Source: Escherichia coli (GTDB taxonomy: Bacteria > Pseudomonadota > Gammaproteobacteria > Enterobacterales > Enterobacteriaceae). Taken from it: a stretch of DNA of 64,000 bases. The DNA lies in the NCBI RefSeq assembly GCF_041248615.1, contig NZ_CP158426.1; one strand, written 5' to 3'. Position numbers and translations under genes: made by a program. Every line of letters begins with the position of its first letter. Position 1 is the first letter of the stretch. The notes below the pieces were generated by a model, which saw only the letters and a list, made by a program, of their open reading frames with translations, had not been told where the DNA came from and did not search any database. Positions 10,797 to 24,543 of this stretch are shown here, piece after piece.

Positions 10797-13670
10797 ATGA
10801 CACAGACGTTAAGCCAGCTTGAAAACAGCGGCGCTTTTATTGAACGCCATATCGGACCGGACGCCGCGCAACAGCAAGAAATGCTGAATGCCGTTGGCGC
10901 ACAATCGTTAAACGCGCTGACCGGCCAGATTGTACCGAAAGATATTCAGCTTGCGACCCCGCCGCAGGTTGGCGCACCGGCGACCGAATACGCCGCACTG
11001 GCAGAACTCAAGGCTATTGCCAGTCGCAATAAACGCTTCACGTCTTACATCGGCATGGGTTACACCGCCGTGCAGCTACCGCCGGTTATCCTGCGTAACA
11101 TGCTGGAAAATCCGGGCTGGTATACCGCGTACACTCCGTATCAACCTGAAGTCTCCCAGGGCCGCCTTGAAGCATTGCTCAACTTCCAGCAGGTAACGCT
11201 GGATTTGACTGGACTGGATATGGCCTCTGCTTCTCTTCTGGACGAGGCCACCGCTGCCGCCGAAGCAATGGCGATGGCGAAACGCGTCAGCAAACTGAAA
11301 AATGCCAACCGCTTCTTCGTGGCTTCCGATGTGCATCCGCAAACTCTGGATGTGGTCCGTACTCGTGCCGAAACCTTTGGTTTTGAAGTGATTGTCGATG
11401 ACGCGCAAAAAGTGCTCGACCATCAGGACGTCTTCGGCGTGCTGTTACAGCAGGTAGGCACTACCGGTGAAATTCACGACTACACTGCGCTTATTAGCGA
11501 ACTGAAATCACGCAAAATTGTGGTCAGCGTTGCCGCCGATATTATGGCGCTGGTGCTGTTAACTGCGCCGGGTAAACAGGGCGCGGATATTGTTTTTGGT
11601 TCGGCGCAACGCTTCGGCGTGCCGATGGGCTACGGTGGCCCACACGCGGCATTCTTTGCGGCGAAAGATGAATACAAACGCTCAATGCCGGGCCGTATTA
11701 TCGGTGTATCGAAAGATGCAGCTGGCAATACCGCGCTGCGCATGGCGATGCAGACTCGCGAGCAACATATCCGCCGTGAGAAAGCGAACTCCAACATTTG
11801 TACTTCCCAGGTACTGCTGGCAAACATCGCCAGCCTGTATGCCGTTTATCACGGCCCGGTTGGCCTGAAACGTATCGCTAACCGCATTCACCGTCTGACC
11901 GATATCCTGGCGGCGGGCCTGCAACAAAAAGGTCTGAAACTGCGCCATGCGCACTATTTCGACACCTTGTGTGTGGAAGTGGCCGACAAAGCGGGCGTAC
12001 TGACGCGTGCCGAAGCGGCTGAAATCAACCTGCGTAGCGATATTCTGAACGCGGTTGGGATCACCCTTGATGAAACAACCACGCGTGAAAACGTAATGCA
12101 GCTTTTCAACGTGCTGCTGGGCGATAACCACGGCCTGGACATCGACACGCTGGACAAAGACGTGGCTCACGACAGCCGCTCTATCCAGCCTGCGATGCTG
12201 CGCGACGACGAAATCCTCACCCATCCGGTGTTTAATCGCTACCACAGCGAAACCGAAATGATGCGCTATATGCACTCGCTGGAGCGTAAAGATCTGGCGC
12301 TGAATCAGGCGATGATCCCGCTGGGTTCCTGCACCATGAAACTGAACGCCGCCGCCGAGATGATCCCAATCACCTGGCCGGAATTTGCCGAACTGCACCC
12401 GTTTTGTCCGCCGGAACAGGCTGAAGGTTATCAGCAGATGATTGCGCAGCTGGCTGACTGGCTGGTGAAACTGACCGGTTACGACGCCGTTTGTATGCAG
12501 CCGAACTCCGGCGCACAGGGCGAATACGCGGGCCTGCTGGCGATTCGTCATTATCATGAAAGCCGCAATGAAGGGCATCGCGATATCTGCCTGATCCCGG
12601 CTTCTGCGCACGGAACTAACCCCGCTTCTGCACATATGGCAGGAATGCAGGTGGTGGTTGTGGCGTGTGATAAAAACGGCAACATCGATCTGACTGATCT
12701 GCGCGCGAAAGCGGAACAGGCGGGCGATAACCTCTCCTGTATCATGGTGACTTATCCTTCTACCCACGGCGTGTATGAAGAAACGATCCGTGAAGTGTGT
12801 GAAGTCGTGCATCAGTTCGGCGGTCAGGTTTACCTTGATGGCGCGAACATGAACGCCCAGGTTGGCATCACCTCGCCGGGCTTTATTGGCGCGGACGTTT
12901 CGCACCTCAACCTGCATAAAACTTTCTGCATTCCGCACGGCGGTGGTGGTCCGGGTATGGGACCGATCGGTGTGAAAGCGCATCTGGCACCGTTTGTACC
13001 GGGTCATAGCGTGGTGCAAATCGAAGGCATGTTAACCCGTCAGGGCGCAGTTTCTGCGGCACCGTTCGGTAGCGCCTCTATCCTGCCAATCAGCTGGATG
13101 TACATCCGCATGATGGGCGCAGAAGGGCTGAAAAAAGCAAGCCAGGTGGCAATCCTCAACGCCAACTATATTGCCAGCCGCCTGCAGGATGCCTTCCCGG
13201 TGCTGTATACCGGTCGCGACGGTCGCGTGGCGCACGAATGTATTCTCGATATTCGCCCGCTGAAAGAAGAAACCGGCATCAGCGAGCTGGATATTGCCAA
13301 GCGCCTGATCGACTACGGTTTCCACGCGCCAACGATGTCGTTCCCGGTGGCGGGTACGCTGATGGTTGAACCGACTGAATCTGAAAGCAAAGTGGAACTG
13401 GATCGCTTTATCGACGCGATGCTGGCTATCCGCGCAGAAATCGACCAGGTTAAAGCCGGTGTCTGGCCGCTGGAAGATAACCCGCTGGTGAACGCGCCGC
13501 ACATTCAGAACGAACTGGTCGCCGAGTGGGCGCATCCGTACAGCCGTGAAGTTGCAGTATTCCCGGCAGGTGTGGCAGACAAATACTGGCCGACGGTGAA
13601 ACGTCTGGATGATGTTTACGGTGACCGTAACCTGTTCTGCTCCTGCGTACCGATTAGCGAATACCAGTAA
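10797..13670 (+). CDS. gcvP: glycine dehydrogenase (decarboxylating), P protein
   Basis: 957-aa [25 protein letters not shown]... Confidence 0.97.
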   Translation: MTQTLSQLENSGAFIERHIGPDAAQQQEMLNAVGAQSLNALTGQIVPKDIQLATPPQVGAPATEYAALAELKAIASRNKRFTSYIGMGYTAVQLPPVILRNMLENPGWYTAYTPYQPEVSQGRLEALLNFQQVTLDLTGLDMASASLLDEATAAAEAMAMAKRVSKLKNANRFFVASDVHPQTLDVVRTRAETFGFEVIVDDAQKVLDHQDVFGVLLQQVGTTGEIHDYTALISELKSRKIVVSVAADIMALVLLTAPGKQGADIVFGSAQRFGVPMGYGGPHAAFFAAKDEYKRSMPGRIIGVSKDAAGNTALRMAMQTREQHIRREKANSNICTSQVLLANIASLYAVYHGPVGLKRIANRIHRLTDILAAGLQQKGLKLRHAHYFDTLCVEVADKAGVLTRAEAAEINLRSDILNAVGITLDETTTRENVMQLFNVLLGDNHGLDIDTLDKDVAHDSRSIQPAMLRDDEILTHPVFNRYHSETEMMRYMHSLERKDLALNQAMIPLGSCTMKLNAAAEMIPITWPEFAELHPFCPPEQAEGYQQMIAQLADWLVKLTGYDAVCMQPNSGAQGEYAGLLAIRHYHESRNEGHRDICLIPASAHGTNPASAHMAGMQVVVVACDKNGNIDLTDLRAKAEQAGDNLSCIMVTYPSTHGVYEETIREVCEVVHQFGGQVYLDGANMNAQVGITSPGFIGADVSHLNLHKTFCIPHGGGGPGMGPIGVKAHLAPFVPGHSVVQIEGMLTRQGAVSAAPFGSASILPISWMYIRMMGAEGLKKASQVAILNANYIASRLQDAFPVLYTGRDGRVAHECILDIRPLKEETGISELDIAKRLIDYGFHAPTMSFPVAGTLMVEPTESESKVELDRFIDAMLAIRAEIDQVKAGVWPLEDNPLVNAPHIQNELVAEWAHPYSREVAVFPAGVADKYWPTVKRLDDVYGDRNLFCSCVPISEYQ

Positions 13671-13692
13671 TTCACTGATTCGACTATCTTCT

Positions 13693-13715
13693 AAAGGCGC
13701 TTCGGCGCCTTTTTA
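13693..13715 (+). terminator. rho-independent terminator after gcvP
   Basis: hairpin aggcgc-ttcg-gcgcct followed by tttt. Confidence 0.8.
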
Positions 13716-13740
13716 GTCAGATGACAAAGTACAAAAGCGC

Positions 13741-13858
13741 TCAGACAGTCCCCTCACCCCTTTGGGGAGAGGGTTAGGGTGAGGGGAACAGGCCGGCACT
13801 GGCGCGAATATTTACCCTCACCCCGGCCCTCTCCCTGAAAGGGCGAGGGGAAAAGCGT
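13741..13858. repeat. GC-rich imperfect palindromic intergenic repeat (Box C-like), two units
   Basis: cccctcaccc...gggtgagggg and ccctcacccc...gggcgagggg inverted motifs; a related gggtgagg...cctcaccc hairpin also lies between gcvH and gcvP (10710-10740). Confidence 0.5.
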
Positions 13859-13935
13859 GCCAACATTGAAGATTGAGCCAGTTTGTTAGCAATCTCAAAG
13901 ATACGTCAACGAATTAATTTTTCTCGGAAAAACAA

Positions 13936-14679
13936 ATGGCTATAGCACTTGTGACCGGTGGCAGTCGCGGCATCGGGCGGGCAACTGCATTACTGTTGGC
14001 GAAAGAAGAGTATACGGTGGCGGTTAATTATCAACAAAACCTCCATGCGGCGCAGGAAGTGGTGAACTTAATCACGCAAGCCGGTGGCAAGGCATTCGTG
14101 CTCCAGGCGGATATCAGCGACGAAAATCAGGTCATCGCAATGTTTACAGCAATCGATCAGCACGATGAACCGCTAGCAGCGCTGGTCAATAACGCCGGGA
14201 TCTTGTTTACCCAGTGCACCGTTGAAAACCTTACCGCAGAGCGAATCAACCGAGTACTTTCCACCAACGTGACGGGATATTTTCTCTGCTGCCGCGAGGC
14301 GGTAAAACGCATGGCGCTTAAAAATGGTGGCAGTGGCGGCGCTATCGTCAATGTCTCTTCGGTGGCCTCACGGTTGGGTTCGCCAGGGGAATATGTTGAT
14401 TACGCGGCATCGAAAGGGGCGATTGATACGTTAACCACCGGACTATCGCTGGAAGTCGCCGCGCAGGGGATCCGCGTTAACTGCGTGCGGCCAGGGTTTA
14501 TTTATACCGAAATGCACGCCAGCGGCGGCGAGCCTGGACGCGTCGATCGCGTTAAGTCGAACATCCCCATGCAGCGTGGTGGGCAGGCAGAAGAGGTCGC
14601 GCAGGCCATTGTCTGGCTACTAAGTGATAAAGCCTCTTACGTCACGGGAAGTTTTATCGATTTGGCGGGCGGGAAATAA
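13936..14679 (+). CDS. ygfF: short-chain dehydrogenase/reductase (SDR family)
   Basis: 247-aa ORF with TGGSRGIG Rossmann motif. Confidence 0.9.
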   Translation: MAIALVTGGSRGIGRATALLLAKEEYTVAVNYQQNLHAAQEVVNLITQAGGKAFVLQADISDENQVIAMFTAIDQHDEPLAALVNNAGILFTQCTVENLTAERINRVLSTNVTGYFLCCREAVKRMALKNGGSGGAIVNVSSVASRLGSPGEYVDYAASKGAIDTLTTGLSLEVAAQGIRVNCVRPGFIYTEMHASGGEPGRVDRVKSNIPMQRGGQAEEVAQAIVWLLSDKASYVTGSFIDLAGGK

Positions 14680-14697
14680 AACAGGGAAGTTGTCTGA

Positions 14698-14723
14698 CCG
14701 GATGCAACAAGTATTGCATCCGG
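14698..14723. terminator. bidirectional hairpin between convergent ygfF and bglA
   Basis: perfect palindrome ccggatgcaa-caagta-ttgcatccgg. Confidence 0.6.
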
Positions 14724-14735
14724 TACTTCATCGAC

Positions 14736-16196
<1,461 letters not shown>

Positions 16197-16213
16197 TTAC
16201 AGGAAATAGTATC

Positions 16214-16525
16214 ATGCAGCCAAACGACATCACTTTTTTTCAACGTTTCCAGGATGACATTCTGGCTGGGCGTAAAACCATCACCATCCGCGACGAGTCT
16301 GAATCGCACTTCAAAACGGGTGATGTGCTTCGTGTCGGGCGTTTTGAAGATGACGGTTATTTTTGCACGATTGAAGTCACCGCAACCTCAACCGTAACGC
16401 TGGATACGCTGACGGAAAAACATGCAGAGCAGGAAAATATGACCCTGACTGAACTGATAAAGGTCATTGCCGACATCTATCCCGGTCAGACACAGTTTTA
16501 TGTGATTGAATTTAAATGTCTTTAA
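16214..16525 (+). CDS. yqfB: ASCH-domain protein YqfB
   Basis: 103-aa [31 protein letters not shown]... Confidence 0.9.
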
Positions 16526-16685
16526 ATTGAACTCACGCCTGTTAGTTGAAATTTCGCATTTAATTTCATGATTTTTAGGAGATTAGTCTCAAATCAGAAT
16601 TTATTTTAGCTAACAGGTGTTCACTGGAACTATTCTCAGTTACGCTGGAGAGGTATACATGTGCGTGTACGTTTCTCCGGAGTAA

Positions 16686-17348
<663 letters not shown>

Positions 17349-17354
17349 TGGGTA

Positions 17355-17418
17355 TGCCTTTGTAGGCCTGATAAGACGCGCCAGCGTCGCATCAGGCGAT
17401 AAATGCCTGATGCGATAA
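17355..17418. repeat. REP (repetitive extragenic palindromic) element(s)
   Basis: gtaggcctgataagacgcgccagcgtcgcatcaggc plus partial gcctgatgcg, matching the REP consensus. Confidence 0.75.
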
Positions 17419-17424
17419 AGAGAT

Positions 17425-18405
17425 TTACTCTTCGAGCGAATACGGCAGCGGCTCGATATGCAATGTATTCGCATCGTCGCGTACGCGGAAGATGCTATCC
17501 GGTTCCATATCGTTATTCATGACGACCTGTACCACGACCTGACCATCTTCCAGTTTTACCGCAGCCAGCACCGTACCGGTACGACGCCAGTTCTCGCCCA
17601 TTTTCAGCTCTAAGTCTTCACCAGCTTCCGGCAGTCGGCTGGCGCTACCTGCCAGCAACCAGAGCGCACGTTTATTGGCACCACGGAATTTTGCTCGCGC
17701 CACCATCTCTTGTCCGGTATAACAGCCTTTCTTAAAGCTGATACCGCCCAGCGCCTGGAGATTGGTCGCCTGTGGGATAAACTGCCCGCTGTTGGCGGCA
17801 TCAATCACCGGGAAACCCGCTTCAATGTTTAATGCCAGCCACTGTTGGCTATTGTTCAGTTCCGCTTCACCGCGCAGTTTATCGGTCAGCATATTAGCAG
17901 TAGCTTCATCGGTTACGATCAGGAAACGTTCTGCCGGGTGTTCAAACCATAGCAAAGTGGTCGCGCCTTCTTTGACTACCTGTTTTTCTTTCGAAGGCAG
18001 TTCGCTAAAGAGATTTGCCAGCGCGGCGCGCGCCTGAAAACCGGCAACACCAAGCAGCACACGCTCGTCGTCTGGCGCGATGGTCACTTTAGAGAATACC
18101 GCATATTTTTTCAGTTCAGTCAGCTGCGGTTCACGCACGCTGCGCCGTTCAATCCATGCAAAGCCATCGCCGTCGCGGAACAGACGTAAATTGCTCCACA
18201 TTTTACCTTTGGCGTCGCAATGGGCGGCGAGCAGGTGCTGATCTTCTGCCATCTGGCTGACATCTGCTGTCACCTGACCCTGCATATATTTTTCGCTGTC
18301 CGCGCCAGTAATGGTGGCAAGCGCCCAGTCATCAAGCGTCATCAGCGTCAGCGGTAAACGGGCAGAAGCCGTAGGCTGACGGGGAGGAAAAGGTGTAAAA
18401 GCCAT
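17425..18405 (-). CDS. ygfZ: tRNA-modifying folate-binding protein YgfZ
   Basis: 326-aa [37 protein letters not shown]... Confidence 0.93.
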   Translation of the reverse strand: MAFTPFPPRQPTASARLPLTLMTLDDWALATITGADSEKYMQGQVTADVSQMAEDQHLLAAHCDAKGKMWSNLRLFRDGDGFAWIERRSVREPQLTELKKYAVFSKVTIAPDDERVLLGVAGFQARAALANLFSELPSKEKQVVKEGATTLLWFEHPAERFLIVTDEATANMLTDKLRGEAELNNSQQWLALNIEAGFPVIDAANSGQFIPQATNLQALGGISFKKGCYTGQEMVARAKFRGANKRALWLLAGSASRLPEAGEDLELKMGENWRRTGTVLAAVKLEDGQVVVQVVMNNDMEPDSIFRVRDDANTLHIEPLPYSLEE

Positions 18406-18635
18406 AATAGAGTCCTGAGTTGCTTAACGGCGTATTAATGACTAATGGTAAAAGAGCTATGAGGCAATGCAAGTGCTTTCACTACGCGATCTGTGCCTTC
18501 TGCGAGGCGACTTCCAAAAAAATGAAGCCATTGAATTGTTGTGAATTAATTTCGCGATCGCGATGGTGTTTACTGATATTCCCGTAAAAGAAGGCGAAAA
18601 ACACGTTACAATAGCCGGGTACTGGATTTTCGTGA

Positions 18636-19302
<667 letters not shown>

Positions 19303-19341
19303 AGATGACGGCAAAGCATATGCGCTAAGCCGTCAGTGAGA

Positions 19342-19863
19342 TCAGGCGTAATGCTCTGCCATTTCGTTGAGGATTTGCTCGCACCAGCTCTGAATACGCT
19401 CGTCGCTAAGGTCATACTGGTTAGTTTCATCCAGCGCCAGACCCACGAACAGTTGCCCGTCAGCAATCACCGGTTTCGGGCTGGTAAATTCATATCCTTC
19501 CGTTGGCCAGTAGCCGACGAACTTCACGCCTTTGGTCGAGAGTTTGTCATGCAGCATACCGAGCGCATCGAGGAACCACTCGCCGTATCCCAGTTGATCG
19601 CCAAGCCCATACAGCGCAACAATTTTACCTTCAAGGTTCAGGTCGTCGAGCTGATCCCAGACGGCTTCCCAGTCTTCCTGGATTTCACCAAAATCCCAGG
19701 TCGGGATACCCAGAATGAGCACATCGTACTGCTCCATTAATTTCGGGGAGTCGTCCTTGAGGTTATGTAAGGTCACCAGTTCTGGGCCGATAATATCGCG
19801 GATTTTTTCTGCCGCCATTTCGGTGTAACAGGTGCTGGAACCGTAAAAAAGACCCATATTCAT
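19342..19863 (-). CDS. fldB: flavodoxin 2
   Basis: 173-aa [26 protein letters not shown]... Confidence 0.95.
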
Positions 19864-19974
19864 AACGTAAGCTTCTCGATTCTGCTGTGGCTTTTGCAGC
19901 TAGTGTATCAGAATCGCTTTAGTCACGGCACAATAAGGCATAATGGATCAAATGAGTGACCATAAGGGGCGCAA

Positions 19975-20871
19975 GTGAAACAGGATCTGGCACGCATCGA
20001 GCAGTTTCTTGATGCTCTGTGGCTGGAAAAAAATCTGGCTGAAAATACGTTGAACTCTTACCGTCGCGATCTGTCAATGATGGTGGAGTGGTTGCATCAC
20101 CGCGGGTTGACGCTGGCGACGGCGCAAAGTGACGATTTGCAGGCATTACTGGCAGAACGGCTGGAGGGCGGGTATAAAGCCACCAGCTCAGCGCGTTTGC
20201 TGAGTGCAGTGCGCCGATTGTTCCAGTATCTTTATCGCGAAAAGTTTCGTGAAGACGATCCCAGTGCGCATCTCGCTTCACCGAAATTGCCCCAGCGTTT
20301 GCCAAAAGATTTAAGCGAAGCGCAGGTCGAACGTTTATTACAGGCACCATTAATTGATCAGCCACTGGAGCTACGCGATAAAGCCATGCTTGAAGTGTTG
20401 TATGCTACCGGGCTGCGTGTCTCTGAACTGGTCGGACTGACAATGAGTGATATCAGCCTGCGTCAGGGCGTAGTGCGGGTCATTGGTAAAGGCAACAAAG
20501 AGCGCCTGGTACCGTTAGGTGAAGAGGCGGTTTACTGGCTGGAAACCTATCTGGAACATGGGCGTCCGTGGCTGCTGAATGGTGTGTCAATTGACGTGTT
20601 GTTTCCCAGCCAGCGTGCGCAGCAGATGACGCGACAGACCTTCTGGCACCGCATTAAACATTATGCTGTGCTGGCGGGTATCGACAGCGAAAAGCTGTCA
20701 CCGCATGTGTTGCGTCACGCTTTTGCCACTCATTTATTAAATCATGGTGCGGATTTACGCGTGGTGCAGATGCTACTGGGCCACAGCGATCTTTCCACCA
20801 CGCAAATTTATACGCATGTCGCTACCGAGCGTCTGCGACAACTTCATCAACAGCATCACCCGCGGGCGTGA
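19975..20871 (+). CDS. xerD: site-specific tyrosine recombinase XerD
   Basis: 298-aa GTG-initiated ORF MKQDLARIEQFLDALWLEKNLAENTL... with C-terminal RHRY-type catalytic region. Confidence 0.95.
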   Translation: MKQDLARIEQFLDALWLEKNLAENTLNSYRRDLSMMVEWLHHRGLTLATAQSDDLQALLAERLEGGYKATSSARLLSAVRRLFQYLYREKFREDDPSAHLASPKLPQRLPKDLSEAQVERLLQAPLIDQPLELRDKAMLEVLYATGLRVSELVGLTMSDISLRQGVVRVIGKGNKERLVPLGEEAVYWLETYLEHGRPWLLNGVSIDVLFPSQRAQQMTRQTFWHRIKHYAVLAGIDSEKLSPHVLRHAFATHLLNHGADLRVVQMLLGHSDLSTTQIYTHVATERLRQLHQQHHPRA

Positions 20872-20895
20872 TGTCTGAAAAGAACGGGAAGATTT

Positions 20896-21606
20896 ATGAA
20901 GAAAGGTTTTATGTTGTTTACTTTGTTAGCGGCGTTTTCAGGTTTTGCTCAGGCTGATGACGCGGCAATTCAACAAACGTTAGCCAAAATGGGCATCAAA
21001 AGCAGCGATATTCAGCCCGCGCCCGTAGCTGGCATGAAGACAGTTCTGACTAACAGCGGCGTGTTGTACATCACCGATGATGGTAAACATATCATTCAGG
21101 GGCCAATGTATGACGTTAGCGGCACGGCTCCGGTCAATGTCACCAATAAGATGCTGTTAAAGCAGTTGAATGCGCTTGAAAAAGAGATGATCGTTTATAA
21201 AGCGCCGCAGGAAAAACACGTCATCACCGTGTTTACTGATATTACCTGTGGTTACTGCCACAAACTGCATGAGCAAATGGCAGACTATAACGCGCTGGGG
21301 ATCACCGTGCGTTATCTTGCTTTCCCGCGCCAGGGGCTGGACAGCGATGCAGAGAAAGAAATGAAAGCTATCTGGTGTGCGAAAGATAAAAACAAAGCGT
21401 TTGATGATGTGATGGCAGGTAAAAGCGTCGCACCAGCCAGCTGCGACGTGGATATTGCCGACCATTACGTACTTGGCGTCCAGCTTGGCGTTAGCGGTAC
21501 TCCGGCAGTTGTGCTGAGCAATGGCACACTTGTTCCGGGTTACCAGCCGCCGAAAGAGATGAAAGAATTCCTCGACGAACACCAAAAAATGACCAGCGGT
21601 AAATAA
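20896..21606 (+). CDS. dsbC: periplasmic disulfide isomerase DsbC
   Basis: 236-aa ORF with signal peptide and CGYC active site. Confidence 0.95.
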   Translation: MKKGFMLFTLLAAFSGFAQADDAAIQQTLAKMGIKSSDIQPAPVAGMKTVLTNSGVLYITDDGKHIIQGPMYDVSGTAPVNVTNKMLLKQLNALEKEMIVYKAPQEKHVITVFTDITCGYCHKLHEQMADYNALGITVRYLAFPRQGLDSDAEKEMKAIWCAKDKNKAFDDVMAGKSVAPASCDVDIADHYVLGVQLGVSGTPAVVLSNGTLVPGYQPPKEMKEFLDEHQKMTSGK

Positions 21607-21611
21607 TTCGC

Positions 21612-23345
21612 GTGAAACAACAGATACAACTTCGTCGCCGTGAAGTCGATGAAACGGCAGACTTGCCCGCTGAATTGCCTCCCTTGCTGCGCCGTTTATA
21701 CGCCAGCCGGGGCGTGCGCAGTGCGCAAGAACTGGAACGCAGTGTTAAAGGTATGTTGCCCTGGCAGCAACTGAGCGGCGTCGAAAAGGCCGTTGAGATC
21801 CTTTACAACGCTTTTCGCGAAGGAACGCGGATTATTGTGGTCGGCGATTTTGACGCCGACGGCGCGACCAGCACGGCTCTAAGCGTGCTGGCGATGCGCT
21901 CGCTTGGTTGCAGCAATATCGACTATCTGGTACCAAACCGTTTCGAAGACGGTTACGGCTTAAGCCCGGAAGTAGTCGATCAGGCCCATGCCCGTGGCGC
22001 GCAGTTAATTGTCACGGTGGATAACGGTATTTCCTCCCATGCGGGCGTTGAACACGCTCGCTCGTTGGGCATTCCGGTTATTGTTACCGATCACCATTTG
22101 CCGGGCGAAACATTACCCGCAGCGGAAGCGATCATTAACCCTAACTTGCGCGACTGTAATTTCCCGTCGAAATCACTGGCAGGCGTGGGTGTGGCGTTTT
22201 ATCTGATGCTGGCGCTGCGCACCTTTTTGCGCGATCAGGGCTGGTTTGATGAGCGTGGCATCGCAATTCCTAACCTGGCAGAACTGCTGGATCTGGTCGC
22301 GCTGGGAACAGTGGCGGACGTCGTGCCGCTGGACGCTAATAATCGCATTCTGACCTGGCAGGGGATGAGTCGCATCCGTGCCGGAAAGTGCCGTCCAGGG
22401 ATTAAAGCGCTGCTGGAAGTGGCAAACCGTGATGCACAAAAACTCGCCGCCAGCGATTTAGGTTTTGCGCTGGGGCCACGTCTCAATGCTGCCGGACGAC
22501 TGGACGATATGTCCGTCGGTGTGGCGCTCTTGCTGTGCGACAACATCGGCGAAGCGCGCGTGCTGGCAAATGAACTCGATGCGCTAAACCAGACGCGAAA
22601 AGAGATCGAACAAGGAATGCAAGTTGAAGCCCTGACCCTGTGCGAGAAACTGGAGCGAAGTCGCGACACGCTACCCGGCGGGCTGGCAATGTATCACCCC
22701 GAATGGCATCAGGGCGTTGTCGGTATTCTGGCTTCGCGCATCAAAGAGCGTTTTCACCGTCCGGTTATCGCCTTTGCGCCAGCAGGTGATGGTACGCTGA
22801 AAGGTTCAGGTCGCTCCATTCAGGGGCTGCATATGCGTGATGCACTGGAGCGATTAGACACACTCTACCCTGGCATGATACTGAAGTTTGGCGGTCATGC
22901 GATGGCGGCGGGTTTGTCGCTGGAAGAGGATAAATTCGAACTCTTTCAACAACGGTTTGGCGAGCTGGTTACCGAGTGGCTGGACCCTTCGCTATTGCAA
23001 GGCGAAGTGGTGTCAGACGGCCCGTTAAGCCCGGCCGAAATGACCATGGAAGTGGCGCAGCTGCTGCGCGATGCTGGCCCGTGGGGGCAGATGTTCCCGG
23101 AGCCGCTGTTTGATGGTCATTTCCGTCTGCTGCAACAGCGGCTGGTGGGCGAACGTCATTTGAAAGTCATGGTCGAACCGGTCGGCGGCGGTCCGCTGCT
23201 GGATGGTATTGCTTTTAATGTCGATACCGCCCTCTGGCCGGATAACGGCGTGCGCGAAGTGCAACTGGCTTACAAGCTCGATATCAACGAGTTTCGCGGC
23301 AACCGCAGCCTGCAAATTATCATCGACAATATCTGGCCAATTTAG
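21612..23345 (+). CDS. recJ: ssDNA-specific 5'-3' exonuclease RecJ
   Basis: 577-aa GTG-initiated ORF MKQQIQLRRREVDETADLPAELPPL... Confidence 0.95.
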   Translation: MKQQIQLRRREVDETADLPAELPPLLRRLYASRGVRSAQELERSVKGMLPWQQLSGVEKAVEILYNAFREGTRIIVVGDFDADGATSTALSVLAMRSLGCSNIDYLVPNRFEDGYGLSPEVVDQAHARGAQLIVTVDNGISSHAGVEHARSLGIPVIVTDHHLPGETLPAAEAIINPNLRDCNFPSKSLAGVGVAFYLMLALRTFLRDQGWFDERGIAIPNLAELLDLVALGTVADVVPLDANNRILTWQGMSRIRAGKCRPGIKALLEVANRDAQKLAASDLGFALGPRLNAAGRLDDMSVGVALLLCDNIGEARVLANELDALNQTRKEIEQGMQVEALTLCEKLERSRDTLPGGLAMYHPEWHQGVVGILASRIKERFHRPVIAFAPAGDGTLKGSGRSIQGLHMRDALERLDTLYPGMILKFGGHAMAAGLSLEEDKFELFQQRFGELVTEWLDPSLLQGEVVSDGPLSPAEMTMEVAQLLRDAGPWGQMFPEPLFDGHFRLLQQRLVGERHLKVMVEPVGGGPLLDGIAFNVDTALWPDNGVREVQLAYKLDINEFRGNRSLQIIIDNIWPI

Positions 23346-23435
23346 CGTCATCTTCTCTATAAAAAAGAGCGTGGATTGGGTACAATCCCGCTCTTATCAC
23401 CGCATTTTGACTAGCTCAATAAAAGAAATCAGACC

Positions 23436-24534
23436 ATGTTTGAAATTAATCCGGTAAATAATCGCATTCAGGACCTCACGGAACGCTCCGACGTTCTTAG
23501 GGGGTATCTTTGACTACGACGCCAAGAAAGAGCGTCTGGAAGAAGTAAACGCCGAGCTGGAACAGCCGGATGTCTGGAACGAACCCGAACGCGCACAGGC
23601 GCTGGGTAAAGAGCGTTCCTCCCTCGAAGCCGTTGTCGACACCCTCGACCAAATGAAACAGGGGCTGGAAGATGTTTCTGGTCTGCTGGAACTGGCTGTA
23701 GAAGCTGACGACGAAGAAACCTTTAACGAAGCCGTTGCTGAACTCGACGCCCTGGAAGAAAAACTGGCGCAGCTTGAGTTCCGCCGTATGTTCTCTGGCG
23801 AATATGACAGCGCCGACTGCTACCTCGATATTCAGGCGGGGTCTGGCGGTACGGAAGCACAGGACTGGGCGAGCATGCTTGAGCGTATGTATTTGCGCTG
23901 GGCAGAATCGCGTGGTTTCAAAACTGAAATCATCGAAGAGTCGGAAGGTGAAGTGGCGGGTATTAAATCCGTGACGATCAAAATCTCCGGCGATTACGCT
24001 TACGGCTGGCTGCGTACAGAAACTGGCGTTCACCGCCTGGTGCGTAAGAGCCCGTTTGACTCCGGCGGTCGTCGCCACACGTCGTTCAGCTCCGCGTTTG
24101 TTTACCCGGAAGTTGATGATGATATCGATATCGAAATCAATCCGGCGGATCTGCGCATCGACGTTTATCGCGCATCCGGCGCGGGCGGTCAGCACGTTAA
24201 CCGTACCGAATCTGCGGTGCGTATTACTCACATCCCAACCGGGATCGTGACTCAGTGCCAGAACGACCGTTCCCAGCACAAGAACAAAGACCAGGCCATG
24301 AAGCAGATGAAAGCGAAGCTTTATGAACTGGAGATGCAGAAGAAAAATGCTGAGAAACAGGCGATGGAAGATAACAAATCTGACATCGGCTGGGGCAGCC
24401 AGATTCGTTCTTATGTCCTTGATGACTCCCGCATTAAAGATCTGCGCACCGGGGTAGAAACCCGCAACACGCAGGCCGTGCTGGACGGCAGCCTGGATCA
24501 ATTTATCGAAGCAAGTTTGAAAGCAGGGTTATGA
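23436..24534 (+). CDS. prfB: peptide chain release factor 2; programmed +1 frameshift (frame 0 is 23436..23510, then +1 frame 23512..24534), 365 aa
   Basis: [25 protein letters not shown] then in-frame TGA at 23511-23513; the +1 frame continues [11 protein letters not shown]... and joins ORF 23653..24534. Confidence 0.93.
23499..23514 (+). promoter_or_regulatory. prfB autoregulatory +1 frameshift site
   Basis: sequence AGG GGG TAT CTT TGA C: internal SD-like element, slippery CUU, in-frame UGA in poor context. Confidence 0.9.
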
Positions 24535-24543
24535 GGAACCAAC

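Noticed and set aside
11682-13019. 445-aa ORF on the minus strand inside gcvP
   Set aside because: Entirely antisense to the well-supported gcvP; its composition (Arg/His-rich, many internal Met) is typical of a shadow ORF on a GC-rich gene.
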